Assembly (NCBI GenBank): GCA_035463935.1
Contig: DATHSX010000176.1
Coordinates: forward strand, 1-28,436
Direction: 5' to 3'
Length of the DNA: 28,436 nucleotides
Source: Acidimicrobiia bacterium
GTDB lineage: Bacteria > Actinomycetota > Acidimicrobiia > Spongiisociales > ZC4RG35
Both the position numbers and the translations under genes were made by a program. This document shows, in pieces, positions 9,186 through 16,909 of this stretch. Within the stretch, counting starts at the first letter, position 1, and each line of letters starts with the position of its first letter. The notes beneath the pieces are model-generated. The model was given only the letters and a program-made list of their open reading frames with translations. It made no database searches and had not been told where the DNA came from.

Positions 9186-9231
9186 ATCGTGTCCGGGAGG
9201 CTGCGAACGGCCCAGGGCCGATGGTCCCACC
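9186..9231 (-). promoter_or_regulatory. Candidate DosR/DevR-like box (GGTGGGACCATCGGCCCTGG, 9231-9212) with a possible -10 (CACGAT, 9191-9186)
   Basis: Core GGGAC-N4-GNCCC matches the mycobacterial DevR box. It is centred about 42 nt upstream of the start site implied by the weak -10, in front of the tpl-hydrogenase unit. Confidence 0.5.
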
Positions 9232-9236
9232 GGCTC

Positions 9237-9251
9237 TGATCGAACCGATCA
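9237..9251. promoter_or_regulatory. Perfect inverted repeat TGATCG-AAC-CGATCA, possible operator
   Basis: 6-3-6 palindrome in the tpl upstream region, about 22 bp from the DosR-like box. Confidence 0.3.
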
Positions 9252-9319
9252 TCGCTTCGGGAGGTGATCAAAGGCGACAACCACACCGCCGCCGGTGCCG
9301 CCGGGCGGCCCGGGCCGAA

Positions 9320-9362
9320 CCCCCTCGGTCGGCTCCGCGCAACAGCCCAACCGATCGGGGGG
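9320..9362 (-). terminator. GC-rich hairpin after the 127-aa ORF, possible intrinsic terminator
   Basis: Imperfect stem of about 13 bp (CCCCCTCGGTCGG / CCGATCGGGGGG) starting 9 nt after the stop at 9371. No clear U-tract. Confidence 0.35.
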
Positions 9363-9370
9363 ATTCTCGA

Positions 9371-9754
9371 CTAATCGGTGCTGGGCACCGCCCGGGGCGC
9401 CGGCGCTCGCGAAGGGGTGTGGTCGCTCACCGAGCGATGCAGCCGGAACGTCTCCTCGGCCGAGCGGGATTCATCCACAAAGGAAAGGTACTGCCTCGCC
9501 AGTTCGGTGAACTCCCCCCCGGTGCTGGTGGCGGCGTCGCGGAAGTTGAAGCTGAGAGGATGACCGTAGCGCCAGATCTGATGGAAATCACCGCCTCTGC
9601 CGCCGGGAGCCCAAACGGGGGTGTAGGTCCCGAGGTATTCGTAGTTCGGCGGAGCGGCCCGCGCCAGGTCATCCTCGTGGTCCGCCAGCCACCTCCGGAA
9701 CTCATCCTCTTTGCCCGGTTCGACGAAGAATCCCCATTCGTAGATAAGCGCCAC
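9371..9754 (-). CDS. Hypothetical protein (127 aa), possibly a dimeric alpha+beta barrel
   Basis: Strong RBS AAGGAGG 5' of the GTG. Pattern F.V.PGKEDEFRRW...YLGTY....W resembles ABM/NIPSNAP-like barrels. Last gene after the Mo-enzyme. Confidence 0.7.
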   Translation of the reverse strand: MALIYEWGFFVEPGKEDEFRRWLADHEDDLARAAPPNYEYLGTYTPVWAPGGRGGDFHQIWRYGHPLSFNFRDAATSTGGEFTELARQYLSFVDESRSAEETFRLHRSVSDHTPSRAPAPRAVPSTD

Positions 9755-9801
9755 TGCTCCTCCTTGCCGCCCACCCTACCCAGCTAGCGAGCCCGTGCCG
9801 C

Positions 9802-12660
9802 TTAGCCGGGCAGGGCGTAAACCGGGCGAGCGGGCTTCAGCGGGCGCAGCAACCAGTAGGGCCTTCTGGTGCCGTCGGGGGAGATGCGGTCGGCGGCCCT
9901 CGTCAAGTCCAGCCAGCGCAGGTAAGCCTCTCTGGCGCGGGCGGTGTCGACGACGACGTCGCCATATTGGTCGCCTGGCTCGGCCTTGCGCACCCGCACC
10001 GCCTGGTGCCAGCAGTGCTGGCCGGAAATAGGATCGGGCTGCACCGGAAAGGTCAGGTTCTGGTGGACCCCTGACTCCGACCACCAGATCCGTTGGGTGT
10101 CGGGATCGGTCGACTCATAGGGCTCGATCCCCTGCTTGCGGCTCAGGCTCCACTCGGACCCGGAGTGGCCGAGGGCGACCGTGGCCATCGCCTGTCGCTG
10201 CCCTTGATCCTGGAGTTTCCAGCGTCCCATGTGGTGGGAGCACGCCACCACCCCCGGTCGGATGCCCTCGGTTACCCAGGCCTTGACCACGTAGTGACCG
10301 ATCTCGGTCACCACCCGCACCAGGTCGCCGGTGGAAAGGCCGAGCCGGGCCGCGTCGGTCGTGTGAATCCAGAGCGGGTTGGTGTGGGCAATCTCATCTA
10401 GCCATTTGGAATTGGCCGACCGAGTGTGAATCTGCACCGGTAGTCGAAAGGTGGAGATGAGCGGCATCTGTCCCTCCTCGAGGTTCGAGGGGTGAATGTG
10501 GCTGCGGATGTAGCCGGGAAGCGAGTGCTCGGGCCATCCCCAGTTGGTCAGGGTGGACGAGTAGAACTCCAGCTTGCCGCTCGGAGTCGGAAAGCCACGG
10601 AGGACCTTTCCGTCGATCCGCACCCCCACCGGGCGCCTCCCCTGGTCATCGGGGTCGGGGCTCGACAACGGCACAACATTGGCTTGTTCGGCGGCCGGAC
10701 CCCGGCTGTAGACCCGTCCAAACCGATCCTCGGCCACATCCACCAACTCCGCCTCCGGCACCTCCTGTTCGTGCCGGGGGCCGATACCTCTGGCTATCTC
10801 GAAGGCGCCGTAACGACGCATGTACTCGAGCGGGCTCAGACCTTCGGCACCGGCGTGTTCGGGAAGGCCCGGAACCGAGTGCTCAAACATCCAGCCGTAG
10901 TACTCGTCCACTGTCAGCTTGCGACCGGGGTCTTGCCTCGACTCGTGGTATCGCCTGATGCCGAGGCTCCCGTCGGGATCGATCCTCCAGGACAACTCGA
11001 TCCAGAATTCGTTCTCCTCCCACACCTGGCCCGGATTGGACTCTCTGGTGTCGGTGATCGCCATCCCCAACCGGCTGGCCGCCGCCCGCGCCACGGGCTG
11101 ACGGAAACCCACCCACTGCCCGTCGTACTGCTCGTAGGAGTGCACGTCGTGCCTTTCGGGCGAGTGACCCATGGGGAGGATGTAGTCGGCGAAAAAGGCC
11201 GTCTCCGACCAGGTAGGGGTGAGGGCAACATGAAGACCGATCTTGTCCTCATCGGTGAGCATCTCGATCCAGGAGAAGCCGTCCGGGTTGGTCCACACCG
11301 GGTTGTAGACCCGAGTGAAATAGACCTCGATGTTGCCCCGTCCCTCGTTCACGAACTGCGGCAGCAGAAAGGACAACTCGTGCATCGCCAGCGGATACTC
11401 GAGGGGCCAGGTGAGTTCGTTCCATACCGGCGGATGGGGAGGGCTGTGGATGGGTCGGGGCACGAACTTGTTCCAGGCGTTGGGGTACGTGCCGCCGGGG
11501 GTCGCCACCGCCCCCAGGAGGGCGTTGATCAGGAACAAGCTGCGCGATACCTGCCAGCCCCCCAGATTCCCGGCCGCGGCTGAGCGCCAGTTGTGGGACG
11601 AGAAACGGGTTCCGGCGCCGGCCACCAACCCGGCGACTTCCCGGAGGGTCGAGACCGCAACCCCCGACTCGGCCGAGGCAAACTCGAAGGTGTAGTCGCG
11701 GTAGAGCTCACTGAGAACCTCCTCGAAACTTTCGAAGGTGGAGCCCCGCTCGGGATGTTCTGCTGCCAGGTACGACTCCCAGTTCCACCAGCGCCGGACG
11801 AATTCGCGGTTGTAGGCCCCGGTCTGGATGACGTGATTGGCGATGGCCAGATTGATCGCGGCCTCTGATCCCGGATAGGGCGAAAGCCAGTGGTCGGCAT
11901 GGGTGGCGGTATTGGACAACCTCGTGTCGAGGACAATCAGCTTCGCTCCCCGGGCCTTGGCTTCAGTGATCCGCTGGGCGTGGGGGTTGAAATAGTGCCC
12001 GGCCTCGAGGTGGGCCGAGATCAGGTATATCACCTCGGCGTTGGCGTGGTCCGGGCTGGGGCGGTCGATCCCCATCCACAACTGGTACCCCACCCGGGCC
12101 GCCGAGGAGCAGACATTGGTGTGCGAGTTGTGGCCATCGACACCCCAAGAGGCCAGGACCCGCTCGGTGAAACCGTCCTCCCCGGGCCTGCCCACGTGGT
12201 ACATGACCTGGTTCGGTCTCCCCTCGACGATGGCGCTTCGCACCCGGGCAGCGACTTCGGTGAGGGCCTCTTCCCAGGAGACCGGTACCCATCGCCCTTC
12301 GCCCCGGCGACCGGCCCGTTTGAGTGGCTGCAGTATCCGGTCGGGATCGGTGATCTGGTTGAGGGTGGCCGGGCCTTTGGCGCAGTTGCGACCGCGTGAG
12401 CCGGGATGCTCCGGATTTCCCTCCAGCTTGCGGATCTGCAGGGTTTCGGGATCCACATAGGCCAGCAGCCCACAGGCGGACTCGCAGTTGAAGCAGGTGG
12501 TAGGGACCAGCATCGACCGGCGTTCGACCCGCTCCGGCCAGGCCCGGGAGTCCAATTCGGTCCACTCGTCCCATCGTTCCTTCGGCGGGTAAGAGGCCAG
12601 GTGGATGCCGCTGGGGCCCTGGTAGAAGGTCTCGTCAGGACGAGCGGGGTCGTCTGTCAT
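9802..12660 (-). CDS. Mo/W-bisPGD (DMSO reductase family) catalytic subunit, PsrA/PhsA-like, no Tat signal
   Basis: 4Fe-4S motif TCFNCESAC...NCAKG, RILQPLKR, HNSHTNVCSS (candidate Cys ligand), HFNPH, FADYILP, TPSGKLEF, HTRSAN, C-terminal QAVRVRKA. 952 aa from the ATG at 12660 (ATGA overlap); the ORF-track start at 13455 is an extension. Confidence 0.92.
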   Translation of the reverse strand: MTDDPARPDETFYQGPSGIHLASYPPKERWDEWTELDSRAWPERVERRSMLVPTTCFNCESACGLLAYVDPETLQIRKLEGNPEHPGSRGRNCAKGPATLNQITDPDRILQPLKRAGRRGEGRWVPVSWEEALTEVAARVRSAIVEGRPNQVMYHVGRPGEDGFTERVLASWGVDGHNSHTNVCSSAARVGYQLWMGIDRPSPDHANAEVIYLISAHLEAGHYFNPHAQRITEAKARGAKLIVLDTRLSNTATHADHWLSPYPGSEAAINLAIANHVIQTGAYNREFVRRWWNWESYLAAEHPERGSTFESFEEVLSELYRDYTFEFASAESGVAVSTLREVAGLVAGAGTRFSSHNWRSAAAGNLGGWQVSRSLFLINALLGAVATPGGTYPNAWNKFVPRPIHSPPHPPVWNELTWPLEYPLAMHELSFLLPQFVNEGRGNIEVYFTRVYNPVWTNPDGFSWIEMLTDEDKIGLHVALTPTWSETAFFADYILPMGHSPERHDVHSYEQYDGQWVGFRQPVARAAASRLGMAITDTRESNPGQVWEENEFWIELSWRIDPDGSLGIRRYHESRQDPGRKLTVDEYYGWMFEHSVPGLPEHAGAEGLSPLEYMRRYGAFEIARGIGPRHEQEVPEAELVDVAEDRFGRVYSRGPAAEQANVVPLSSPDPDDQGRRPVGVRIDGKVLRGFPTPSGKLEFYSSTLTNWGWPEHSLPGYIRSHIHPSNLEEGQMPLISTFRLPVQIHTRSANSKWLDEIAHTNPLWIHTTDAARLGLSTGDLVRVVTEIGHYVVKAWVTEGIRPGVVACSHHMGRWKLQDQGQRQAMATVALGHSGSEWSLSRKQGIEPYESTDPDTQRIWWSESGVHQNLTFPVQPDPISGQHCWHQAVRVRKAEPGDQYGDVVVDTARAREAYLRWLDLTRAADRISPDGTRRPYWLLRPLKPARPVYALPG

Positions 12661-14213
12661 GCCAGTGGTACGGCCTGCGCCGATTGGATGTATGCGTGCT
12701 CGTAAGCCAGCAGCCCGGCCAGAGCCGGTAGCGCCGCCCAGGCCCCGGCCCAGGGGCCGGCCAGCCCGAAGGCCGAGAGGATGACACCCGGCCAGAAGGA
12801 CGAGCTGTAGCGGCCGGTGGTCATCTCCCACACCGCCAGATGGGCGTGGGCGGTCCCGTGGGGCAGGGTGACCTCGCCCCAAACCAGGAGGAGGTGGACC
12901 AGCGAAGCCAGGGCCAGCGTCCAGCCCAGGGCCGGACCGGCCTCGTTGCCGGTGAGGGCGTCGGCCACGACCAGGGTGGCGGCGCCGGCCAGCACCGCCT
13001 GCATCGCCATGTGGGGCGGAAGCAGCGGACTCTGCCAGAGATCCCTGGCCTTGGATTGGGCGAACAGATAGGCGGTGTACACCGCCGACATCAGGGCAAG
13101 AGGGATGCCGGGCACCGCCGCCAGTTGGCGCAAGGTCTCCGATCCGGTCCAGGCGGAGAGCAGGTGCGCGACCAGCACGCCACCGTAGCCGAGGATGAAC
13201 ATCGCCCCCTTCACCAGCCAGCTCCTCCACTGCGGTCGGGTGAATAGATAGAAGAAGCGCTCGGGATGATCGAGGTCCCAGACCAGGACCGCCCCCGTGA
13301 CACCGAGGAAACCCAAGCCGACCAGGGGGGTGACCCAGACCACCAGGTCGCTGGTCCAATCGAGTAACCCGGTGAGCACCAGCAGCAGCCCAACCAGATA
13401 GACACCGGCACCAATTGCCTTGGCCCAGGTGTAGAGGCCGACCCGCCAGTCCCACGGCGCCTTATGGGGAATGTCATAAGAGAGAAGGGCCGCCGCCGAG
13501 GAGTTGGAGCGGCCCCCGGGATGGCCGGACCGAATCCCCGCACCCTGCTCGCTCCACATGTAAAGGTCGCCGCCAGGACGGGTAGCTGCAATGGGATCGA
13601 GAGTCGCCTGATGGGCTCCCTGGTAGAAGAGCTTGGGATAGGTCTCCTTCTCGGGACGCCTCACCGTCACCGGCTGGCGTTGCACGATCCCTGCCACTCG
13701 CGAGAACGGATCGGACAGATCGCCCACCAGAATCGCCTCGGTGGGGCATACCACCACGCAGGCTGGTTCCAGCCCGATGTCGAGCCGGTGGGCGCAGAAG
13801 TTGCACTTCTCGGCGGAATGATCCTCCGGGTTGATGAAGATGGCATCGTACGGACAGGCCGCGATGCACGCCTTGCAGCCGATGCAGATCCGCTTGTCGA
13901 AATCGACGATCCCGTCTGCGCGCCGATACATCGCGGCTGTGGGGCAGGCGGCCACACAGGGCGGGTTGGCACACTGATTGCACCTCGTCACCTGGAAAGC
14001 CCGACGGGCCTGGGGGAAGTAACCAACGTCGACCGACTTGACGTAGGTGCGGGTCACCCCGACCGGAACCTGGTTCTCCGACTTACAGGCGGTGGTGCAG
14101 GCGTGACACCCGATGCAGCGGGTCTGATCGATGACCTTCACCCATTCCGGCGGTCTGAGCGGGGCAAACGCCGCCGGGGCCGCTTCGAATTGGGAGGTGC
14201 CAGCGACCTCCAT
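12657..14213 (-). CDS. Fusion of a four-cluster ferredoxin (PsrB/NrfC/DmsB-like) to an NrfD/PsrC-type membrane anchor
   Basis: N-terminal half: CIGCHACTTAC, CNQCANPPCVAACP, CIGCKACIAACPY, KCNFC...PACVVVCP. C-terminal half: about 8 TM helices with WDLDHPERF and SWLVKG (NrfD motifs). Confidence 0.9.
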   Translation of the reverse strand: MEVAGTSQFEAAPAAFAPLRPPEWVKVIDQTRCIGCHACTTACKSENQVPVGVTRTYVKSVDVGYFPQARRAFQVTRCNQCANPPCVAACPTAAMYRRADGIVDFDKRICIGCKACIAACPYDAIFINPEDHSAEKCNFCAHRLDIGLEPACVVVCPTEAILVGDLSDPFSRVAGIVQRQPVTVRRPEKETYPKLFYQGAHQATLDPIAATRPGGDLYMWSEQGAGIRSGHPGGRSNSSAAALLSYDIPHKAPWDWRVGLYTWAKAIGAGVYLVGLLLVLTGLLDWTSDLVVWVTPLVGLGFLGVTGAVLVWDLDHPERFFYLFTRPQWRSWLVKGAMFILGYGGVLVAHLLSAWTGSETLRQLAAVPGIPLALMSAVYTAYLFAQSKARDLWQSPLLPPHMAMQAVLAGAATLVVADALTGNEAGPALGWTLALASLVHLLLVWGEVTLPHGTAHAHLAVWEMTTGRYSSSFWPGVILSAFGLAGPWAGAWAALPALAGLLAYEHAYIQSAQAVPLA

Positions 14214-14216
14214 CAA

Positions 14217-14441
14217 CTAGACCTTCTGAATGCGGAAGTGGAACTCGCCATCCTGTTCAAACTGCTCCTTCAGCACGTGGCCCATGTCCGCGGTCCACGC
14301 GGGTACGTCGGTGCACGACCCGCGATCGGTGGAAATCAACTCCACCATAAGTCCCGAAGGGGCGAGGTTGATGGCTTGGCTCAACTTGATGATTGGCATG
14401 GGGCATTGCAGGCCCCGGGCGTCGACGATTACGTCCGCCAT
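14217..14441 (-). CDS. TusA/SirA-family sulfur carrier
   Basis: VDARGLQCPMPII (CPxP motif), STDRGSCTDVPAW. 74 aa, GAGGAGG RBS. Confidence 0.92.
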   Translation of the reverse strand: MADVIVDARGLQCPMPIIKLSQAINLAPSGLMVELISTDRGSCTDVPAWTADMGHVLKEQFEQDGEFHFRIQKV

Positions 14442-14452
14442 GGGCAACCTCC

Positions 14453-14989
14453 TCAGATGAACAAGTTGATCGACGACTGCTTCATCAGGCTGATGGCGGC
14501 CCCCGCCCCGGCCGGCTTGTCAAGGCCATCGATCATATCTTGTGCCTCCATTCCCATCAGGGTCATGGTCATCTGGCAGGGCCAGAGCTTGACGCCCATC
14601 TGCTGGGCGAGTTCGAGCAGCTCCTGAACCGAGGCGACCTTGTGTTTGTCGGCCAGGTCTTTCATCATCCGGGGCCCCATCCCCGCGAAGTTCAGTTTGG
14701 AGAGGTTTAGGTGCTCGGTAGTGCCGCGGTTGAAGATCGAGAGCAGCTTCTGGCGCCAGTCGTCTCCAGTGATGCCCGCGTCGGGCTTCTTGAGGATGCC
14801 GAGACCCCAGAAGGTGAAGAACACGGTCACCTCCATCCCGTATGCCGCCCCGGTGGTGGCCAGGATCAACACCGGCCAGGCCTTGTCGAGGTCACCAGAA
14901 GCGGCGATGATCACCATCTTCTCCCGCTCGGGCTGAGTCTCTTCGACTGCACTCTCGTCCGGGACTGCTGCGAGATTCGTTCTTGTCAC
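14453..14989 (-). CDS. DsrE/DsrF-like (DsrE2/YrkE-type) sulfur-transfer protein
   Basis: SGDLDKAW..LILA..AA..GMEVTVFFTFWGL, LNFAGMG..MM, VKLWPCQMTM.LMG, terminal LFI. AGGAGG RBS. Confidence 0.9.
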   Translation of the reverse strand: MTRTNLAAVPDESAVEETQPEREKMVIIAASGDLDKAWPVLILATTGAAYGMEVTVFFTFWGLGILKKPDAGITGDDWRQKLLSIFNRGTTEHLNLSKLNFAGMGPRMMKDLADKHKVASVQELLELAQQMGVKLWPCQMTMTLMGMEAQDMIDGLDKPAGAGAAISLMKQSSINLFI

Positions 14990-15015
14990 CTGTCCTCCTA
15001 CCGTCGACCGCAGGC

Positions 15016-15041
15016 ACTATATACAGATATTCGTATATACT
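15016..15041. promoter_or_regulatory. AT-rich palindrome TATATAC-N8-GTATATA (15018-15039) overlapping divergent -10 hexamers
   Basis: 7-bp perfect arms in an AT-rich patch within GC-rich DNA. Minus-strand TATAGT (15021-15016) lies about 27 nt before the dsrE start; plus-strand TATACT at 15036-15041. Confidence 0.6.
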
Positions 15042-15188
15042 AATCTCTTCGTCAAAGTGGGCGCAGGTGCCCTCGATGCGATCGATAGAGCAGCGACCGT
15101 CCGGCCCCATCCCTGGCTGCGGCCAGGACTGGGGCGGCGGCTGATCGTGAGCTGGGCGCTCTCGGCGCGACCGGAGGAAGGAGGGGCC

Positions 15189-16544
15189 GTGGAGGTAAGA
15201 CTGCTTCGAACCCCCGGGCTCGGTGACAACAGCTATGTGCTGGCCGAGGACGGGCTGGGCATCGTGATTGATCCCCAGCGCGACATCGACCGGTTCATGA
15301 CCGAGGCCGAGGCCCTGGAGGTGGAGGTCAGGTATGTCCTCGAGACCCACCTCCACAACGACTACCTTTCGGGAGGTCGTGAGCTAGCCCGCCTCACCGG
15401 GGCCGACCTGGTCCTCCCAGCCGGCGCCGGGGCGGCCTTTGCTTACGTTCCCGCCTTCCACCTCGAAGAGTTCGGCGAGGGACGGCTCCGCATCCGACCC
15501 CTGCATACTCCGGGCCACACCCCCGAACACACCTCGTATCTCGTGAGCATCGACGGCGTCCCCATTGCCGTCTTTTCCGGTGGCAGCCTGCTCGTGGGTG
15601 CGGCGGGAAGGAGCGACCTGCTGGGTCCCGACCGAGCGACCCAGTTGGCGCGACTTCAATACGGATCTGTGCGTCGTCTGGCGGATCTCCCCGATCGGGT
15701 TTCCCTTTATCCGACCCATGGGGCAGGCTCGTTTTGCAGCGCCGGACTGGCCGGCCCCGCGACCTCCACCATCGGAGACGAAAAACGGACCAGCCCGGTG
15801 CTCCGGCACCTCGACGCCGACCAATTCGTCGCCGCCCAGCTGGCAAGCCTCGATCCCTATCCCCGGTACTACGCCCATATGGGGCCAGCCAACCTCTTCG
15901 GTCCGACCCCCATGCCCTCCGGGACCGCTCCAAGCCTGAGCGCAGATGACGTCGAGTCGCTGGTAGGCCGGGTCGAGATAGTCGATGCCCGGCCCAAGCA
16001 GGCGTACGCCGACGGGCATCTCCCGAAGGCCTGGGGCATCGAGCTCAACGAAGACTTCGTCACCTGGGTGGGCTGGCTGCTCCCCTACGACGCGCCTCTG
16101 GTGTTGGTGGTGGACAACGATCAAGACGTCGGCCAGGCAGTCACCGCACTCGCCCGAATCGGATTCGACCATGTGAAAGGGGTCTTCTCCGGTATGGACG
16201 AATGGCTCGCGTCGGGTCGGCCAGTCGTCTCCCACACCACGATCACGGCCCGTGGCTTCCTGGAGGGCGCCGATCCCGACCCCCAGGTACTGGACGTCCG
16301 CTCAGCCCGCGAATGGAGTGACGGCCATCTCGAAGGATCCGTGCACTGCTACCTGCCCGACCTCCTGGATGCAACTCCGATCGAACTCGACCCGGGACGT
16401 CCGGTCTACGTGGGCTGCACCACCGGGCACCGGGCCTCTACTGCTGCCGGCCTCCTTGCCGGTAGGGGCTACCGGCCCGTCGTTATGGTGGGTGCCAGCC
16501 TCCTGGGAGTCCTCATGCTTCGCCAGCAGCGAGCCACTGTGTGA
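15189..16544 (+). CDS. MBL-fold hydrolase plus tandem rhodanese domains (persulfide dioxygenase/CstB/YrkH-like)
   Basis: GDNSY, IDPQRD, ETHLHNDYLSG, HTPGHTPEH, FSGGSLLVGAAGRSDL, YPTHGAGSFC. A Cys-less rhodanese domain is followed by one with GCTTGHRAS (active Cys). GTG at 15189 after a GGAGG RBS. Confidence 0.9.
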   Translation: MEVRLLRTPGLGDNSYVLAEDGLGIVIDPQRDIDRFMTEAEALEVEVRYVLETHLHNDYLSGGRELARLTGADLVLPAGAGAAFAYVPAFHLEEFGEGRLRIRPLHTPGHTPEHTSYLVSIDGVPIAVFSGGSLLVGAAGRSDLLGPDRATQLARLQYGSVRRLADLPDRVSLYPTHGAGSFCSAGLAGPATSTIGDEKRTSPVLRHLDADQFVAAQLASLDPYPRYYAHMGPANLFGPTPMPSGTAPSLSADDVESLVGRVEIVDARPKQAYADGHLPKAWGIELNEDFVTWVGWLLPYDAPLVLVVDNDQDVGQAVTALARIGFDHVKGVFSGMDEWLASGRPVVSHTTITARGFLEGADPDPQVLDVRSAREWSDGHLEGSVHCYLPDLLDATPIELDPGRPVYVGCTTGHRASTAAGLLAGRGYRPVVMVGASLLGVLMLRQQRATV

Positions 16545-16909
16545 TGCTTCGATCGCTCTTTCCTTCCGACCCGCGCCGGACCGGGCATGAGCCCGACTAT
16601 CGCTTCTCGTTCGCCAATGAGCGGACGTTCCTTGCCTGGATTCGGACCTCGCTGGCCTTGACCGCCGGCGGGCTGGGAGTAGTGCAGTTGCTGCCCCCGT
16701 TCGCCGGCCGGGACCTGCTCGGAGGCCTGCTTATCGTGCTCGGGTTCTTGACGGCGGCCACCTCCTACCGGAGGTGGGCATCCAATGAACGGGCCTTACG
16801 ATCCGACGCGCCTCTCCCGGCTTCGCGGCTGCCACGAATCCTGGCAGCCGGCGTGGCGCTGGTCGGGCTGGCAGCAGCCTTCTTCCTCCTGATCGACCGC
16901 ATCCGATGA
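16544..16909 (+). CDS. DUF202/YidH family membrane protein
   Basis: EPDYRFSFANERTFLAWIRTSLAL signature and 3 TM helices. Start overlaps the MBL stop (TGATG). Confidence 0.88.
   Translation: MLRSLFPSDPRRTGHEPDYRFSFANERTFLAWIRTSLALTAGGLGVVQLLPPFAGRDLLGGLLIVLGFLTAATSYRRWASNERALRSDAPLPASRLPRILAAGVALVGLAAAFFLLIDRIR

Noticed and set aside
9156-9370. Possible riboswitch or TnaC-like leader peptide upstream of tpl
   Set aside because: I recognised no riboswitch consensus and no Tyr/Trp-containing short ORF with an RBS. The promoter model leaves only about 24 nt of leader. An Rfam/Infernal scan would settle it.
9802-12660. Calling the Mo-enzyme formate dehydrogenase, respiratory arsenate reductase (ArrA) or nitrate reductase
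   Set aside because: It lacks the FDH C/U-H motif and any in-frame TGA, has no Tat signal as ArrA does, and has no Nar Asp-ligand motif. The substrate cannot be assigned from sequence alone.
12661-13455. Apparent 265-aa N-terminal extension of the Mo-enzyme (and similar extensions to 2286, 5042 and 5893)
   Set aside because: These overlap the upstream genes in another frame and are low-complexity R/G/P-rich. Better starts exist at stop/start overlaps.
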